In this document: piece after piece, positions 35,137-47,957 of the stretch
How the letters are laid out: every line of letters starts with the position of its first letter
Numbering within the stretch: the first letter of the stretch is position 1
Assembly (NCBI GenBank): GCA_030141605.1
Contig: JAQGDQ010001141.1
Location: 1-59,760 of the forward strand
Source of the DNA: Tubiluchus corallicola
Taxonomy: Eukaryota; Animalia; Priapulida
Direction: 5' to 3'
Length of the DNA stretch: 59,760 bases
The notes under the pieces: generated by a model
Databases searched by the model: none
What the model saw: the letters and a program-made list of their open reading frames with translations, nothing else
What the model was told of the DNA's origin: nothing
Program-made: the position numbers and the translations under genes

Positions 35137-35340
35137 ATGATTTTTGTTCGTGTTAAATCAATTTTGGCAATTCTTGCAAATCGCTCGATGCTATGCCGAC
35201 TGTTTCGCAGTAATCAAAGCACCCCTTTGCGTAATTTCTGCATTGTGAACGTAGAGATGGGAAAGAGAAAAACAGAGCTGCTCCAGTCACTGGAGACTGC
35301 CATGGATGAATCGGAACCAAAATCACAAAAAATTGATAAT
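35137..35340 (+). CDS. PUS1: tRNA pseudouridine synthase PUS1 (TruA family), first coding exon
   Basis: Presequence-like N-terminus, then MGKRKTELLQ; gtaaga donor in phase 0 with the next exon. Confidence 0.75.
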
Positions 35341-36940
35341 GTAAGAATCTGAGCAATTACTCATTGTAACATAAATAGTTGCCCTTTTAATGAATTTTCT
35401 GCTAAATCTAGAATATAGTGCATAAGTATTTTCTTTATAAGAATCTTCTGGAAAGCAGCAACACGTATTGTTAGGACTTGAGAGGATCATTGATAGCTGA
35501 GCCTTTGTGTGATTCTATCGGCATTTCAAGCTGCCAGTATTGCACTTATCATTTCCTCATACAATCTGAATCCTATAGTTTTATGTAGTATTTTAAGTAA
35601 AGTGAAGTAAAATGTGCCTTTTGTGTTTAACAGACAGAGTTATTAGTTTTTACATCACAAGTGATTTGTTTCTAAACTAAATTGTAAATGTTTGTCCTTG
35701 TGCAACTTGTTCATCTCAGCAGTTTCTTAGTGATGACAGATTGTGCTGTACTAACGTGGTTTTCTTAAGAACAAAGAATGATACATTGACTATCACTATA
35801 TTATTTGTTATTTGTTATTTAACATTCAACAAGAAAAGGGGTACCTAAAGTAGGTTTCAGAACAATCTGTATGTATATAAGAATATTTTCAGAAAAAAAT
35901 ATTACGTATATATTGTACTTCCGTTGAAAGGATTTTTGTTTGTTTTCATTTTAAATCTCTGCAATACCTACGCAAACGTAAATCAGGGGAAAAAAAGTAA
36001 ATGTTAAACTATGTCCCAAAAAACTTTCCATGCAAAATTTTGTTACTTAGCATTTCACTTACTTGCTTGAAAGACTTATGTAATTAGAAAAAAAACTAAT
36101 TATTTAAAATGCTTTCACCGATTGGTAAAATGTCGCTGACTCACCCTCCAGGGTGCACCACTCACTAACCAACAACGTATTTTTAATCTTACTGAGAAGA
36201 TACGGTAATTTTATTTAGTTTGTGACGTGTGCACTACAAATGCCCTGATTATTTTTTCAAACTTTACACAATGTTATTTTAACTTGTTTCAAATGACTCA
36301 TTCTCAAAATGGCTGTATCTAACGGTCATCGCGGGAGTTTGAATTTACATCTTTTATACAGCGTTATTGCCGACACAAGTCTAATATGCAAAAAGGCAGT
36401 GTGCAAGTGGTATAAAATTTCAAGACATTGGAGGGTTTTCTTGCACTTTTAGTTAGCCCTGTTTTATTTCTTGCATTTCAGCCAACATCTTAAGAAAATG
36501 CTTTTTTGTTAATAAAAAGTCACTAGTTCAAGATGGAACTATTTAGGTCAAAGTCTCTTTACCTGGTTCAAATGTGGACTGGAGGTGAAAGATTTAGAAA
36601 ATGTAAAACAATAAAATTCATTTGTTATGCCTTTTTACAATAAATGTCATTCAAAGTGTATTGTAATCAATTATAAAATGTTGTGATGTCAGTAATGATG
36701 AGAATGAATCTTGTGATTATCTTTTACCGGAATTGGAAGATTAAATGTTAAACATCAGTGGTCAGTGTTGCACTGGTCAATTTGCCTCGATGAAGGACAT
36801 TCGTGCACGTTTACACTTGTAAATATTTGTTATATATACTTAATGATACTAGATGTCTTCATAGTTGTAGTTTGTGGCTGATTTCTTGATTTCTACTATC
36901 TGGAACCTGTTTTTCACTTTTGCAGTTGCTTACATTTCAG

Positions 36941-37029
36941 GCATCCGAATCTGAAGAAGTAAAAGTGAGAAAGAAGAAAGTAGCGCTTCTGCTTATGTAT
37001 TCTGGAGTTGGCTATACTGGCATGCAACG
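36941..37029 (+). CDS. PUS1: PUS1 coding exon 2
   Basis: ASESEEVKVRKKKVALLLMYSGVGYTGMQR (TruA motif I); tttcag / gtaatt. Confidence 0.92.
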
Positions 37030-37133
37030 GTAATTAACTTAAAAAAATAAAAATCTCACTATGCTGCCAAGGTAAAAATCAGATGCTTACAGTGGTTAGT
37101 GATGTGTTAGTACTTTTTTAAAGGCAGATTCTT

Positions 37134-38010
37134 CAGTTGAACCCCGTTACAACCCCAACTTTTGCCCTGTCCCGATTTCCATAATATGTTAAATATAGGC
37201 AATACCACCAACCACGCCTACCTCCATCTGCCAACGTATCTGCTGTGCCAAAAGTCTATTTTACATAATAAATCAACCTCGTTATAATGCCAGCTAAGAT
37301 AAAGCACAATAAATTACTGCTGAAAAACAGCCAAAACGTTGTAAAAACAATGATCTCTGATAAGAAAACAATTATGGTGTTTAATTTAGGTTTTGTAGCA
37401 AGTGACTGTATAAAAGTTGAAGTTTTGAGCAAGGAGTATGCATTTTAAAACTACAAGAGTTGCAAACTATGTGAACTAAACTGTATGTGGATTTAATGGC
37501 TGTTAAAGCTGCTTGACTCAAGATCAAGTTAGGCCCATTTCACAGTGAGGTCACACGATTTCCTCACCGTGAAATGAACTTTTTTGCTGCACGAGATTTC
37601 AAGGAAAAATCGGGAATTTCCTAAAAAAATTTTCGGATTTTCTGACGGCAATTCCTCACATCATTTTATCGTGCATCCTCACTGTGAAACGGGCCTTATA
37701 AGCGACGTCTAATTGCAGTCTAACTGACCAGTAATATTACGACGGGAGCGTGGGTAGGCCATGTGGGTGCATATTTCTCTTATCAGCAATTACCTAATTA
37801 ACCAGTATTTCACAAGATTTCTGCTCCACGCTGTGTTACTTAATGTTTTGCAATGTACCACAGAACTACACTTGCACTGGTAGCGCAGCAAAAATGTATA
37901 ACAGATGTAAGCAGTATAACACGTAATGTATTTATAAATATATATTTTACGATCACTTATTAAAATTAACTAGGAAACAAAATAAAAGTTACGCAGTAGA
38001 ATAGCTTTGA
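37134..38010. mobile_element. pogo/Tigger-like non-autonomous element, same family as 53819-55205
   Basis: cagttgaaccccgtta start; long internal similarity to the two copies in the CtBP intron. Confidence 0.75.
37532..37695. mobile_element. PIF/Harbinger-like MITE nested in the Tigger-like element
   Basis: TIRs ggcccatttcacagtgagg / cctcactgtgaaacgggcc; TTA TSD; empty site present in the paralogous copies. Confidence 0.88.
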
Positions 38011-38195
38011 TCATCCTTTAATTTTTTCATGTCCATTATCAAATGTTCGTGTTTTTATGATTCTTTTTGTTAAATTTTAAATTGCACATTGGCTTGGCAG
38101 GAGTAGGTAAAAAATTGAGTTAATTACCTACTTTCTCTGATGTACTGAGCTAATTACCTACTTTCTCTGATGTTCAAATTGTCTGTCACCTACAG

Positions 38196-38358
38196 AAATC
38201 CTGGCATTAAGACTATAGAAGAAGATTTGGCTGCAGCTCTAGTAGGGGGAGGAGTTATCCCGCAAGCTCACGCTGACGAATTTTACCAAATGAAATTTCA
38301 GCGGGCTGCTAGGACTGACAAAGGCGTGTCAGCTGCCGGACAAGTCTGCTCTTTAAAG
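38196..38358 (+). CDS. PUS1: PUS1 coding exon 3 (catalytic RTDKGV motif)
   Basis: [11 protein letters not shown]...[21 protein letters not shown]; ends at a non-canonical AAG|ataagt donor. Confidence 0.92.
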
Positions 38359-38543
38359 ATAAGTGTTAATAATTATTGTAGGTTTCACTATGCCATGCAT
38401 ACTGACATTGTAAACAGTAACACTATTTAGCAATTGTTTTGCAACAAATTGTAGAGAATATTTACAAGCATGTAGCAGGAGACAGAAATTCATGGAGAAA
38501 GGTGGCTACAGTAATGCTCTCAGACAATGTTTTCTATTAGATT

Positions 38544-38690
38544 AGATGATGATGGTGGCGATGATGATGGCGACGACGACAACGTTGATGGTGGTGAGGA
38601 CGGTGATGATGGTGATAATGATGAAGATGATGATGATGATGATGTTGATGGTGATGATGACTATGATGATGTTGATGATGAATTGATGAT
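38544..38690. repeat. degenerate (GAT)n microsatellite
   Basis: Read directly; source of the poly-His ORF artefacts. Confidence 0.9.
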
Positions 38691-38774
38691 AACTTGAAAT
38701 ACATGGCAAAAAACAGTAAAACACTAGGTTGGTTCTTCAACTATTTATTTACTTATTGTATTTGTTTTGTTTAC

Positions 38775-38970
38775 ATGTTGATGTACGAAGATGCTGCTGA
38801 ACGAATCAACAAACATCTTCCTGCACAGATTAGAGTTTTGGGCTTCAAACGAACCACTGGAGGGTTTAATGCAAAGTATTCCTGCTGCTCCAGAACATAC
38901 TCTTACATGCTGCCGACTTTTGCATTTGCACCTGTAGATCAGATAACACATGAAAAGTTTTACATAACAG
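38775..38970 (+). CDS. PUS1: PUS1 coding exon 4
   Basis: MLMYEDAAERINKHLPAQIRVLGFKRTTGGFNAKYSCCSRTYSYMLPTFAF; preceded by a pyrimidine tract ending AC; gtaatg donor. Confidence 0.9.
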
Positions 38971-39226
38971 GTAATGACATCTCTTGTTGTTCTTGAGAAG
39001 ATTGTGGTACGTGTGAAAGTGTTGCATTTGTGAGACATGATGATCAACTTAAAGTTTTGCAAAGTTGTAAGTAACAGAAATACTATATCAAATTCTCAGT
39101 TTAGTGTTTATCTTTTTTATGTTCGTCTGTATTCAATCAATTCCAATGCAGAAGTCATTTTTTCCAAAACTGTTTTTTATTTCCACTTTATTCACAACGT
39201 AGTCATATATCACTCCTGCTGCTTAA

Positions 39227-39845
39227 CCCTTTCACTACGGAAGGCGGCATACTGAAGCCTATGTTTTTCTTCTAAGGGACAGAAGGCGGAAGAGTGCCGC
39301 CTGATCTCAGCACAAAGCGCAGTTACCCAGGTCTGTTTCACTGCTACTGCCATGCAAAAACACTGTAGAAAAGTTTAACAGCCGTGGGATTGTGGTTGCA
39401 TCGCAGCAATTAATGCTAACCTGCCAATCAGCAGCTGAAGGCAGGCGCATTCCATAATACTGTACTGTATAGTACGTTTTCATGCAAAATTGCTTGTTGG
39501 TAGTTGGTAAAACGTGCTTAGTCGCTTGTTCTGCATTCTTATAAAATAAGTGCGTATTATGGATTCGTAATATTGACTTTTGTGAAAGTTGGCTTCTAAA
39601 TATAAGTATGTGCCTATTTGTGTGGGTGTGCATGTGCGCATGCGTGCACGCACGAGGGCGTATATGTGTGCGCGGATGTGTGTGCATGTGTAAAAATAAA
39701 ACTAATATTCAATATTAGTGCTTAATAACTAATGGCTTTTTGTTTGTTTACAAGATTCTGCTTTAGTAGCACACCACAAGAAGCTACTGTCAAATGTGCA
39801 AAAGCCAATGCGGCCCTGTTAAAAAGGAACTACGTAGTGAAAGGG
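39227..39845. mobile_element. complete piggyBac-like MITE
   Basis: 13-bp perfect TIRs ccctttcactacg / cgtagtgaaaggg, with TTAA on both sides (39223-39226 and 39846-39849). Confidence 0.92.
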
Positions 39846-39922
39846 TTAAGTAATATTATCATGAGAAAAAGGACATTCTATTTGAATAAGACTATTTAAA
39901 TTGTTTTATTGGTAATTTGCAG

Positions 39923-40141
39923 ATGAAACTATAACAGAGGTCAATGAACTGTTAAAACTCTACAAGGGTACACACAACTTTCACAACTTTACTTCTGGAC
40001 GGAAATCGACTGATCCTAGCTCATATAGACACATCTTAGATGCAACTTGCGGAAAACCTTTCATGAGAGGTGGTTTAGAGTGGTGTTGTATTGCTATCCA
40101 TGGCCAGAGTTTCATGTTGCATCAGATCAGAAAGATGGTGG
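39923..40141 (+). CDS. PUS1: PUS1 coding exon 5
   Basis: Not in the ORF track; [13 protein letters not shown]...[15 protein letters not shown]; ttgcag / gtatgt. Confidence 0.96.
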
Positions 40142-40273
40142 GTATGTATTAACTTGATAAACCCTATAAATTTTTGATCTTCAAGAGCATTTGATAAAGT
40201 TAGTTGGACTTGATCTCAGACACATCAGTTTAACATTATTATTGTGAATATGGGCTAATGTTTATTTACCATT

Positions 40274-41530
40274 ATCCCAGTCAAGATTTGTGCTCATATA
40301 TTGCATAATGGCTGTATGTCCCAGTCAAGATTTGTGCTTATATATTGGATAATGGCTGTATGTCCCAGTCAAGATTTGTGCTTATATATTGCATACTGGC
40401 TGTTTGTCCCAGTCAAGATTTGTGCTCATATATTGCATACTGGCTGTATGTCCCAGTCAAGATTTGTGCTTATATATTGCATACTGGCTGTATGTCCCAG
40501 TCAAGATTTGTGCTTATATATTGCATACTGGCTGTATGTCCCAGTCAAGATTTGTGCTTATATATTGCATACTGGCTGTATGTCCCAGTCAAGATTTGTG
40601 CTATATATTGCATACTGGCTGTATGTCCCAGTCAAGATTTGTGCTTATATATTGCATACTGGCTGTTTGTCCCAGTCAAGATTTGTGCTCATATATTGCA
40701 TACTTGCCGTATGTCCCAGTCAAGATTTGTGCTTATATATTGCATACTGGCTGTATGTCCCAGTCAAGATTTGTGCTCATATATTGCATACTTGCCGTAT
40801 GTCCCAGTCAAGATTTATGCTCATATATTGCATACTGGCTGTATGTCCCAGTCAAGATTTGTGCTCATATATTGCATACTGGCTGTATGTCCCAGTCAAG
40901 ATTTGTGCTCATATATTGCATACTGGCTGTATGTCCCAGTCAAGATTTGTGCTCATATATTGCATACTGGCTGTATGTCCCAGTCAAGATTTGTGCTCAT
41001 ATATTGCATACTGGCTGTATGTCCCAGTCAAGATTTGTGCTCATATATTGCATACTGGCTGTATGTCCCAGTCAAGATTTGTGCTCATATATTGCATACT
41101 GGCTGTATGTCCCAGTCAAGATTTGTGCTCATATATTGCATACTGGCTGTACGTCCCAGTCAAGATTTGTGCTTATATATTGCATACTGGCTGTATGTCC
41201 CAGTCAAGATTTGTGCTTATATATTGCATACTGGCTGTATGTCCCAGTCAAGATTTGTGCTTATATATTGCATACTGGCTGTATGTCCCAGTCAAGATTT
41301 GTGCTTATATATTGCATACTGGCTGTATGTCCCAGTCAAGATTTGTGCTGATATATTGCATACTGGCTGTATGTCCCAGTCAAGATTTATGCTCATATAT
41401 TGCATACTTGCCATATGTCCCAGTCAATATTTATGCTCATATATTGCATACTGGCCGTACATCCCAGTCAAGATTCAAGCTCATATTGCATACTCATCAT
41501 ATGTTCTAGTCAATATTTATGCTCACAAGT
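40274..41530. repeat. 44-bp minisatellite in a PUS1 intron
   Basis: Unit gtcccagtcaagatttgtgctYatatattgcatactggctgtat, about 28 copies. Confidence 0.98.
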
Positions 41531-42699
41531 TGCTTACTACAGTCTGCTAAGTTTCGCAGAGTGCCATTTTCTAGCAGAGCAGAGATTCCCCAGCAGGCAG
41601 CTTTAAATACATTAGAATTAGAAATTTTTATAACTTCCTAGCATGCATTTGGTGAGTGACACTCGAGCGTTGTTAATATTTCACTAACATAAGAATAGTA
41701 AACAACAGATGTAGCAAAATGAAGCAAAATGAAATAAATGTCTGTATTTCAAAAACTCTGCAATTTGTTTGCCAGTAGCAAAAACTTTCAAAAAGTAATT
41801 GCAAATGAGAGGTACAGTAACAGTAGACTCACATTGAAGTAGGACAGCTTGGCTGTTATAAGACCAGGAAGTTGTATTAACTCGACATATAAGTATATTT
41901 ATCTGCAAACGTTATCAGTAATGTTGTTAAAGTAAGTAGTTCCTCGCTTAAAATGTTTATTACATACCTCGCTTTTCACATACTTTTAAATTTGTCTGTA
42001 GTAGTACGCAAGATGGATTTTCAATTGCATTTCATATGTAAATTTTTCCTGCTTGGTAAGACTTCAGTTTTTAATTACTTGCTCTTGAAGTTAAGCTTCC
42101 TATATTTGATATTTCTAATGTTCATAGACTGTTAAGTAAATGTTGCTCGCAAACTAATGTTATTTCATCCTGCAAGTTCAACCATTTTATAGATCATTCA
42201 GTGTTTATATCAAATGTTGAAATGTATGTTATTATTTATGTTCATTATTGATGTTATCATTGCAGTTTGTTCCACTTTGGTAGTAATTGGTGACGTAGCA
42301 ATTCATATATATGACATCGTACTGATAGTTCACCAACTAATCCAACGATTCTGAGTGTTACTCACGTTTAAGTAATTAAAAACTAATTAAATTAATTTTT
42401 GTGATTAATACAGAGGTTGGAATGACTTGTTTTGGCGAGCACTTTAAAGTTTTTCAACAATCATGAAACTTAGTTACAATATATCATTTTTCTGGTATTA
42501 ATTACCCCACGTTTTTATCCTATCCTGTCACACTTATATTCCATGCCTGTTTATATTTTAACACCATATTGTCTCATTGTTTGTATTTTTTAATGAACCT
42601 CTGTATTTGCATGTGATTTTTTTCGAAATCTATACTTACATCACATTTGTCAGTTGTGCTTATAACTGCGAAATTAGTTACCTATGACAAATATTGCAG

Positions 42700-42890
42700 G
42701 TCTATTAATAGCCATAGTGAGAGGTTTGGCTGACCAGTCTGTCATACAAAAGGCTTGGGGTCATGACAGAGTGGACATTCCTAAAGCTCCAGGTCTAGGA
42801 CTTGTGTTAGAGAAGGTGCATTATGATGCGTACAATAAGCGATACGGAGGAGACGGATTCCACGAAGCCATTGACTGGAGTGAGTATAAG
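42700..42890 (+). CDS. PUS1: PUS1 coding exon 6
   Basis: LLIAIVRG...DIPKAPGLGLVLEKVHYDAYNKRYGGDGFHEAIDW; ttgcag / gtaagt. Confidence 0.96.
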
Positions 42891-44637
42891 GTAAGTACAA
42901 GTATCTTTATTTATCACCTTTTTACAGGAAGAAAAACATAGTGCATAAAACGATAATATGATGCAAAGTAACAAAATTATTATGATGATTAATTTATCTG
43001 AGATATGATATTAAACTGATTGGTGAAAGGGTGGCAAAGTACTAAAAGTTATCAAGGTCAACCACCCTCTAAGTAATGTTGCTATTAGTAATTAATTATG
43101 TGCGCAATTATCAAGATGAAATATTCAGAATTAGGTGTGATAAAGTTTACATGTGGAGCATTACTAAGTTGCTTAAGTAAATAAGTGAATGGTTAGTGTA
43201 CTAAGATTGAACTTACGAAATTTAGATTTAAATTTTGACATATATAACAAGGACATAAAGACGTAATAAGTACATATAATGTTGACATGGTAAGCATATA
43301 CTAACTGCATATACACATACATATACAATCGTAGGATACTCATACACGTGTACAGTTGTACACACATATGCACACACAATGTATTAAAATATATATATAT
43401 ATATATATACATAAATAGAGATGTGTAGGTACTAGAGTGAGAGAGATGCCTTACCTCTCTATTTTCATTTACATGATGACTGCATATAACACATTTCAAA
43501 TATGGCATCTAGATTGGTGAATGTAGTAAGGGTGTACTGGTGGACATAATTGAAAATTGAGGAAAGAGTAATCTTGGTTACTTTCAATTTCTGGTATCAT
43601 CCGTCACTAGTGTGTAGTTGTTTGTAACAAGAAAGTTTAGAAATACAATGCAACGCCATCAAGTGGCCCAAAATAAAAACTTTTGTGGACTTTTTACATA
43701 TCATACCTGGCTCGTGCATCTTGTATAGCCTTTAGCCAAAAACAAAATTAGTCAAAATGGCTAAAAATGCCAAGTGACTAAATTCTTTAAAAATTAATGT
43801 TGTGTATTCATAATAAAATTGAAGCAGTTACTATAGTTAATAGCATTGTTTTTAGTATTAGACATACTTTTGAAAACAGCTGTTGTCTTCATCAGTTTAC
43901 ATAGAATTGATAATATAGAATTTTAGAATGTCATTTAAACACAGTAAAATCAAAATAATTTAATTTAGCTAAATTTTTATTTTCTTCGTTTTTAGAGAAA
44001 ACATTTGTATACTTCAGACTGCATATCAGACACTTGTGGAAGAACAGTTATTTTTCAAAAAAATTTTGTAGCGATCATCACGTTTTTTTTAATTCTGTAG
44101 TCATTGGAAGATTAGCAATTGACAATGACACCTAAGTGGGAGTGAAAATATTCCACTTATTTGTTTAATTTGGCTTCGTTCTCATGACCTTATAAGATAT
44201 ACTGCAGGTAATTTACATTGATGATTACTATTTGGTGGCCAATCTATTTTTGTGTCATCAGTTTTTTCTCACCCGTAATTCTTGCAAAATTTTTACCAGC
44301 GTACAATTCTTTAAATGGAAGAGAATTGCTTTACAGTGAGCTAAATCTGATTTTGTAAAAGCTTCTGCTCATCTGATGATTTAGCTATAATAGTTTTGCA
44401 GATATTTTCTCTAGCTAGGAGGTTTTCCAATGATATTCTACTAAAAATATCATTAAATTAGACAAGATTAAACAGGAACTCGAAGTAGCCTTTAGCTCAA
44501 ACTGCTATACCAATTCAAAGTACCGACAATTCAATTCAGACTGGTTTATAGATTTGGAATAAGCTTTAGATACAAATTCTGTTATTATCCTTGACAAAAA
44601 ACTTGATTTTAATGAGATATTTCTTTTTGACTTGCAG

Positions 44638-44841
44638 GAAACAACAGATAAATTCAAAGATGAATTCATTTACTCGACTATAATCAATACGGAAATGAGT
44701 GAACACACAATGCTGACATGGCTGTCAACTTTGCCGCTTCATGAGTACGACATACGGGAACCAGACGATAACATAGCTAGATCTCAGACTAGGAGTATGC
44801 TTGGCAAAGCTTTAGTTGCTATTGAAATGGAGGGGACAGAG
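44638..44841 (+). CDS. PUS1: PUS1 coding exon 7
   Basis: ETTDKFKDEFIYSTIINTEMSEHTMLTWLSTLPLH; ttgcag / gtgagt. Confidence 0.92.
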
Positions 44842-45625
44842 GTGAGTGCGATGACAATGTTAATGATGTATGTACATGTGATGTTTAGTTATTTCAGTAA
44901 GTCCCTTTGCTTGTTTGTTCTGCTATGTTTGTTCAATAAGTATGTGAGCAGCCAGAAAAATTCCTTTATTTACGTCTTGTGTTATGGTACATACTATTGT
45001 GAAGTTTCACGGCTTAATTCTTAAATTAATTAAATTTTCTATGAATATTGTTTGAAAAATAACGATTAGCCATTTTATAAAAATGTAAATTATTTTGAAT
45101 CATGTGGTTAAAGTTTTTTAAAACCTATAAATAGTTTCCTATTTCCTGCAATTTATGTAGTTAGCATATGAAATAGATTAACCTGTGCTAACACTCAATT
45201 TGTTTTACCTTTTGTAAACTATCCAGTGCTGACTTGTTTTTTATAGTTTCTGTGAATGTAAATTATTGGCATTCTAATTATTTTTTAATTGTGCAAGGTA
45301 TTAGTTAATTACATTAGTTATTAGTTAATTACATTAGTTAATATTTGTTATTGTTTCCTCTGGAAAACAAGAAAATTTCCCATGTTTATATTGCAAAGCC
45401 AGTCAGTCTGGCTTCAAATAAGTAAAACAGTTGCGACTATAATCAGGAGAGAGGGCTTGCTACAGAGGCTTGCGTTCGTTCAATTCACCAAGCCCATATA
45501 TATTACCCTGACTCCAAACTCTTAATTTACAATTCTAACTTAGTTAATAGACAAACAGTCAAAAATGTATGTATATTTAATTTTCAATAAATAAATGCCT
45601 TCTATAACATGTGGTACTTTTGCAG

Positions 45626-45868
45626 GAGCAGAACTTTCATCTCAATGCTTCAACTCTGACCAGTTCAAATGTTGAGAGAAACAACGAGACTGTCGCTACA
45701 GAACAGGACAGTCAAGCAAATTCAACAACACCATTGACTGATTCAAATTTACATGTAAATAGTCATAGTCAGCTAAATATTCCTGAAAATAAAGACAGCA
45801 CAAAAAATGAAACTGAGCAAACTAGAGCAAATGTAGGAATTGGAGAAACTACAACTTCATCATCATAG
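45626..45868 (+). CDS. PUS1: PUS1 probable terminal exon (low-complexity S/T/N/E tail)
   Basis: ttttgcag acceptor in phase 0, open to TAG. Confidence 0.75.
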   Translation, partial: EQNFHLNASTLTSSNVERNNETVATEQDSQANSTTPLTDSNLHVNSHSQLNIPENKDSTKNETEQTRANVGIGETTTSSS

Positions 45869-47957
45869 CAGGAGAGAAAACTAGGTTGCTCATTTATTCA
45901 GTTACGTGTATTATATAGTTGTTTATGCTGCAGCTTAGTGTTCCAGTTATGATGTGATTTAATTTGGATGCTGCGTACTAATGAAGACAAGCATTAGAGC
46001 TAAAATTACATAGTATTTTTTACTAGTGAAGCGCAATCAATGTAATGGTGTTTGTCATCTATATTTTTAGCTCGTAAGTGAAGGATAACAGACACTGTCT
46101 GGATATTGCAATTTGCAATCAGACATTAATACCAGAGAAGGGGCTAAAAGTACCATCTTTATCATTAATCTGCTGCTTGTTTTTCCATTGCTTCTTCGGC
46201 TACTTCATTAAGCCTCGGGCACTGGAAATTTTTGCTGAAAGAGAGCAATAACAGTCTTGTGAAAACTACACATTCACCGAGTTCTGGATTTTGATAATTT
46301 TTGGTAGGCTGGAATAAACAACAAAAATTGTCCTAAAATGAGATTAGACATAAAAAGGCTGAATATAAACAATGAAATAGAATATCAAAGCTTGTAACAG
46401 TAAATTATTTCATGTTCTCTACTGAAAATAAAAATAAAGTTTAATGAAGTATTTTTTAGGAAATTATTGTTCCAGTATGTAGGATTTCAAAATAATAATA
46501 TTAGCATTGTCAGGTAGAAAAGAGTAATCTTAGAAAGTTAACAATTGCAAGGGCAATGGCAAGGCAGAAATCATTAATAGTACTCATAGTTAAACCTGAC
46601 GTGATATACTCAAGTTTAGAAGTTAGAGTAAAAGGTAGGGCGAACTACATATTTCTGGAGAAATCCACATGAAAAGTGATAATGTATTAGGATCATTAAG
46701 AATCTAGTGATTATCAAAACAAGCGCAGAATCATTTAGACAACACCACACATAACCAAGCCACACACCGAGGAGATCAGAAGAAAGGATTCGGATTTTGC
46801 TCGCTTTACTTTTGCCCTAAAACCCGGCCAGATGCACAGCTTTGCCAGAACACATTGCAGACGTCATCTAGTGATTTTCCTTAAAAATTAAACTTTCTAC
46901 AATAGACACAAATCGGATAAAAAACTTACTAGGTTTGTTGTGTATATGCTGTAATTACTGTAATTTTCTTTTAACTTCTGACCTTATTCTTTTCATGTGA
47001 AAGTTCTCATCACTTGATCTTCTCATGATACATATTTTCTTATCAACTATTTTACACCCCAGATCCGTACAAACAATATAAGTAGTTTTCAAGTAATGTA
47101 GACCAAGTTCCCTTTTGTATCCTTTCTCACTGATTTTATGCTTTCTGAATCTGTTAATAGCTGAACCATGGTCGGCCATTTGTTATGCTGCTAACCGCAG
47201 ACTCAGGATTACTTCACTTTTCAATGTTTGGTAATTTGTTGTCTGTGTTCTTCATTAAACTGGGGGTGAGAGGAATAGCAGAGTTGTAATGGCGTGTGCG
47301 TTTGAGTGCCAAGTCAAGCAAAATGGGAAGGATGACCATCAAGAAAACTTGTTAGGCATTTTCACTTGCCGCCCCTTTCACTATTTTAAGGATGTGCACA
47401 TGTCAGCCAGTTCAGTGTCATCTAGATGCTGGTCCTGCCACAAAGTCCCTATTGCGGAGGATTGCCAAGTTTAAGGAGTTTCCTTGTAGGTTTATGACGT
47501 TAACATTTTTTGGCGTTGTTGTTAAGAACATTTAGAACATTAAATACAATTATCAAGAACATTTTGTATTTGGTAGAAAATGGTACTTTCCTTGGAAAAT
47601 GGAAGTATTATTTACACAAGCAGCTTTCTTATTGCCATTTGTCTATGCTTCTGAACGCAATCACAGTTAATCGTTTAGAAGTTTTCATTATCTATGATGC
47701 TGACTGCTAGGTCAAAAATGGCAATTAATGCTTAATGCTTAGTGCTCACTTCCACTGTGAACTATAAAAAACCTTTAATGTCAAGAAAAGGTAAACATTT
47801 TCCAATGAATCGGGTACCTAATGTCACAAACAAACTATATATAGATATCTATCCGCATTTGACTTTTTTCAGCCAGTATAGAAAAGATAATGTAATACTT
47901 CACATGTATTATCAGCTTTAATAATCTTGAAATACATTGAGAATTAGAATTATTTAA

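Noticed and set aside
38537-38740. Poly-His and poly-Ile ORFs
   Set aside because: (GAT)n microsatellite.
40301-41550. Three overlapping 320-402-aa Cys-rich ORFs
   Set aside because: A 44-bp unit without stops cycles through all frames; it lies in a PUS1 intron.
46955-47710. Short ORFs between PUS1 and the CtBP-like gene
   Set aside because: No motifs or consistent splice structure recognised.
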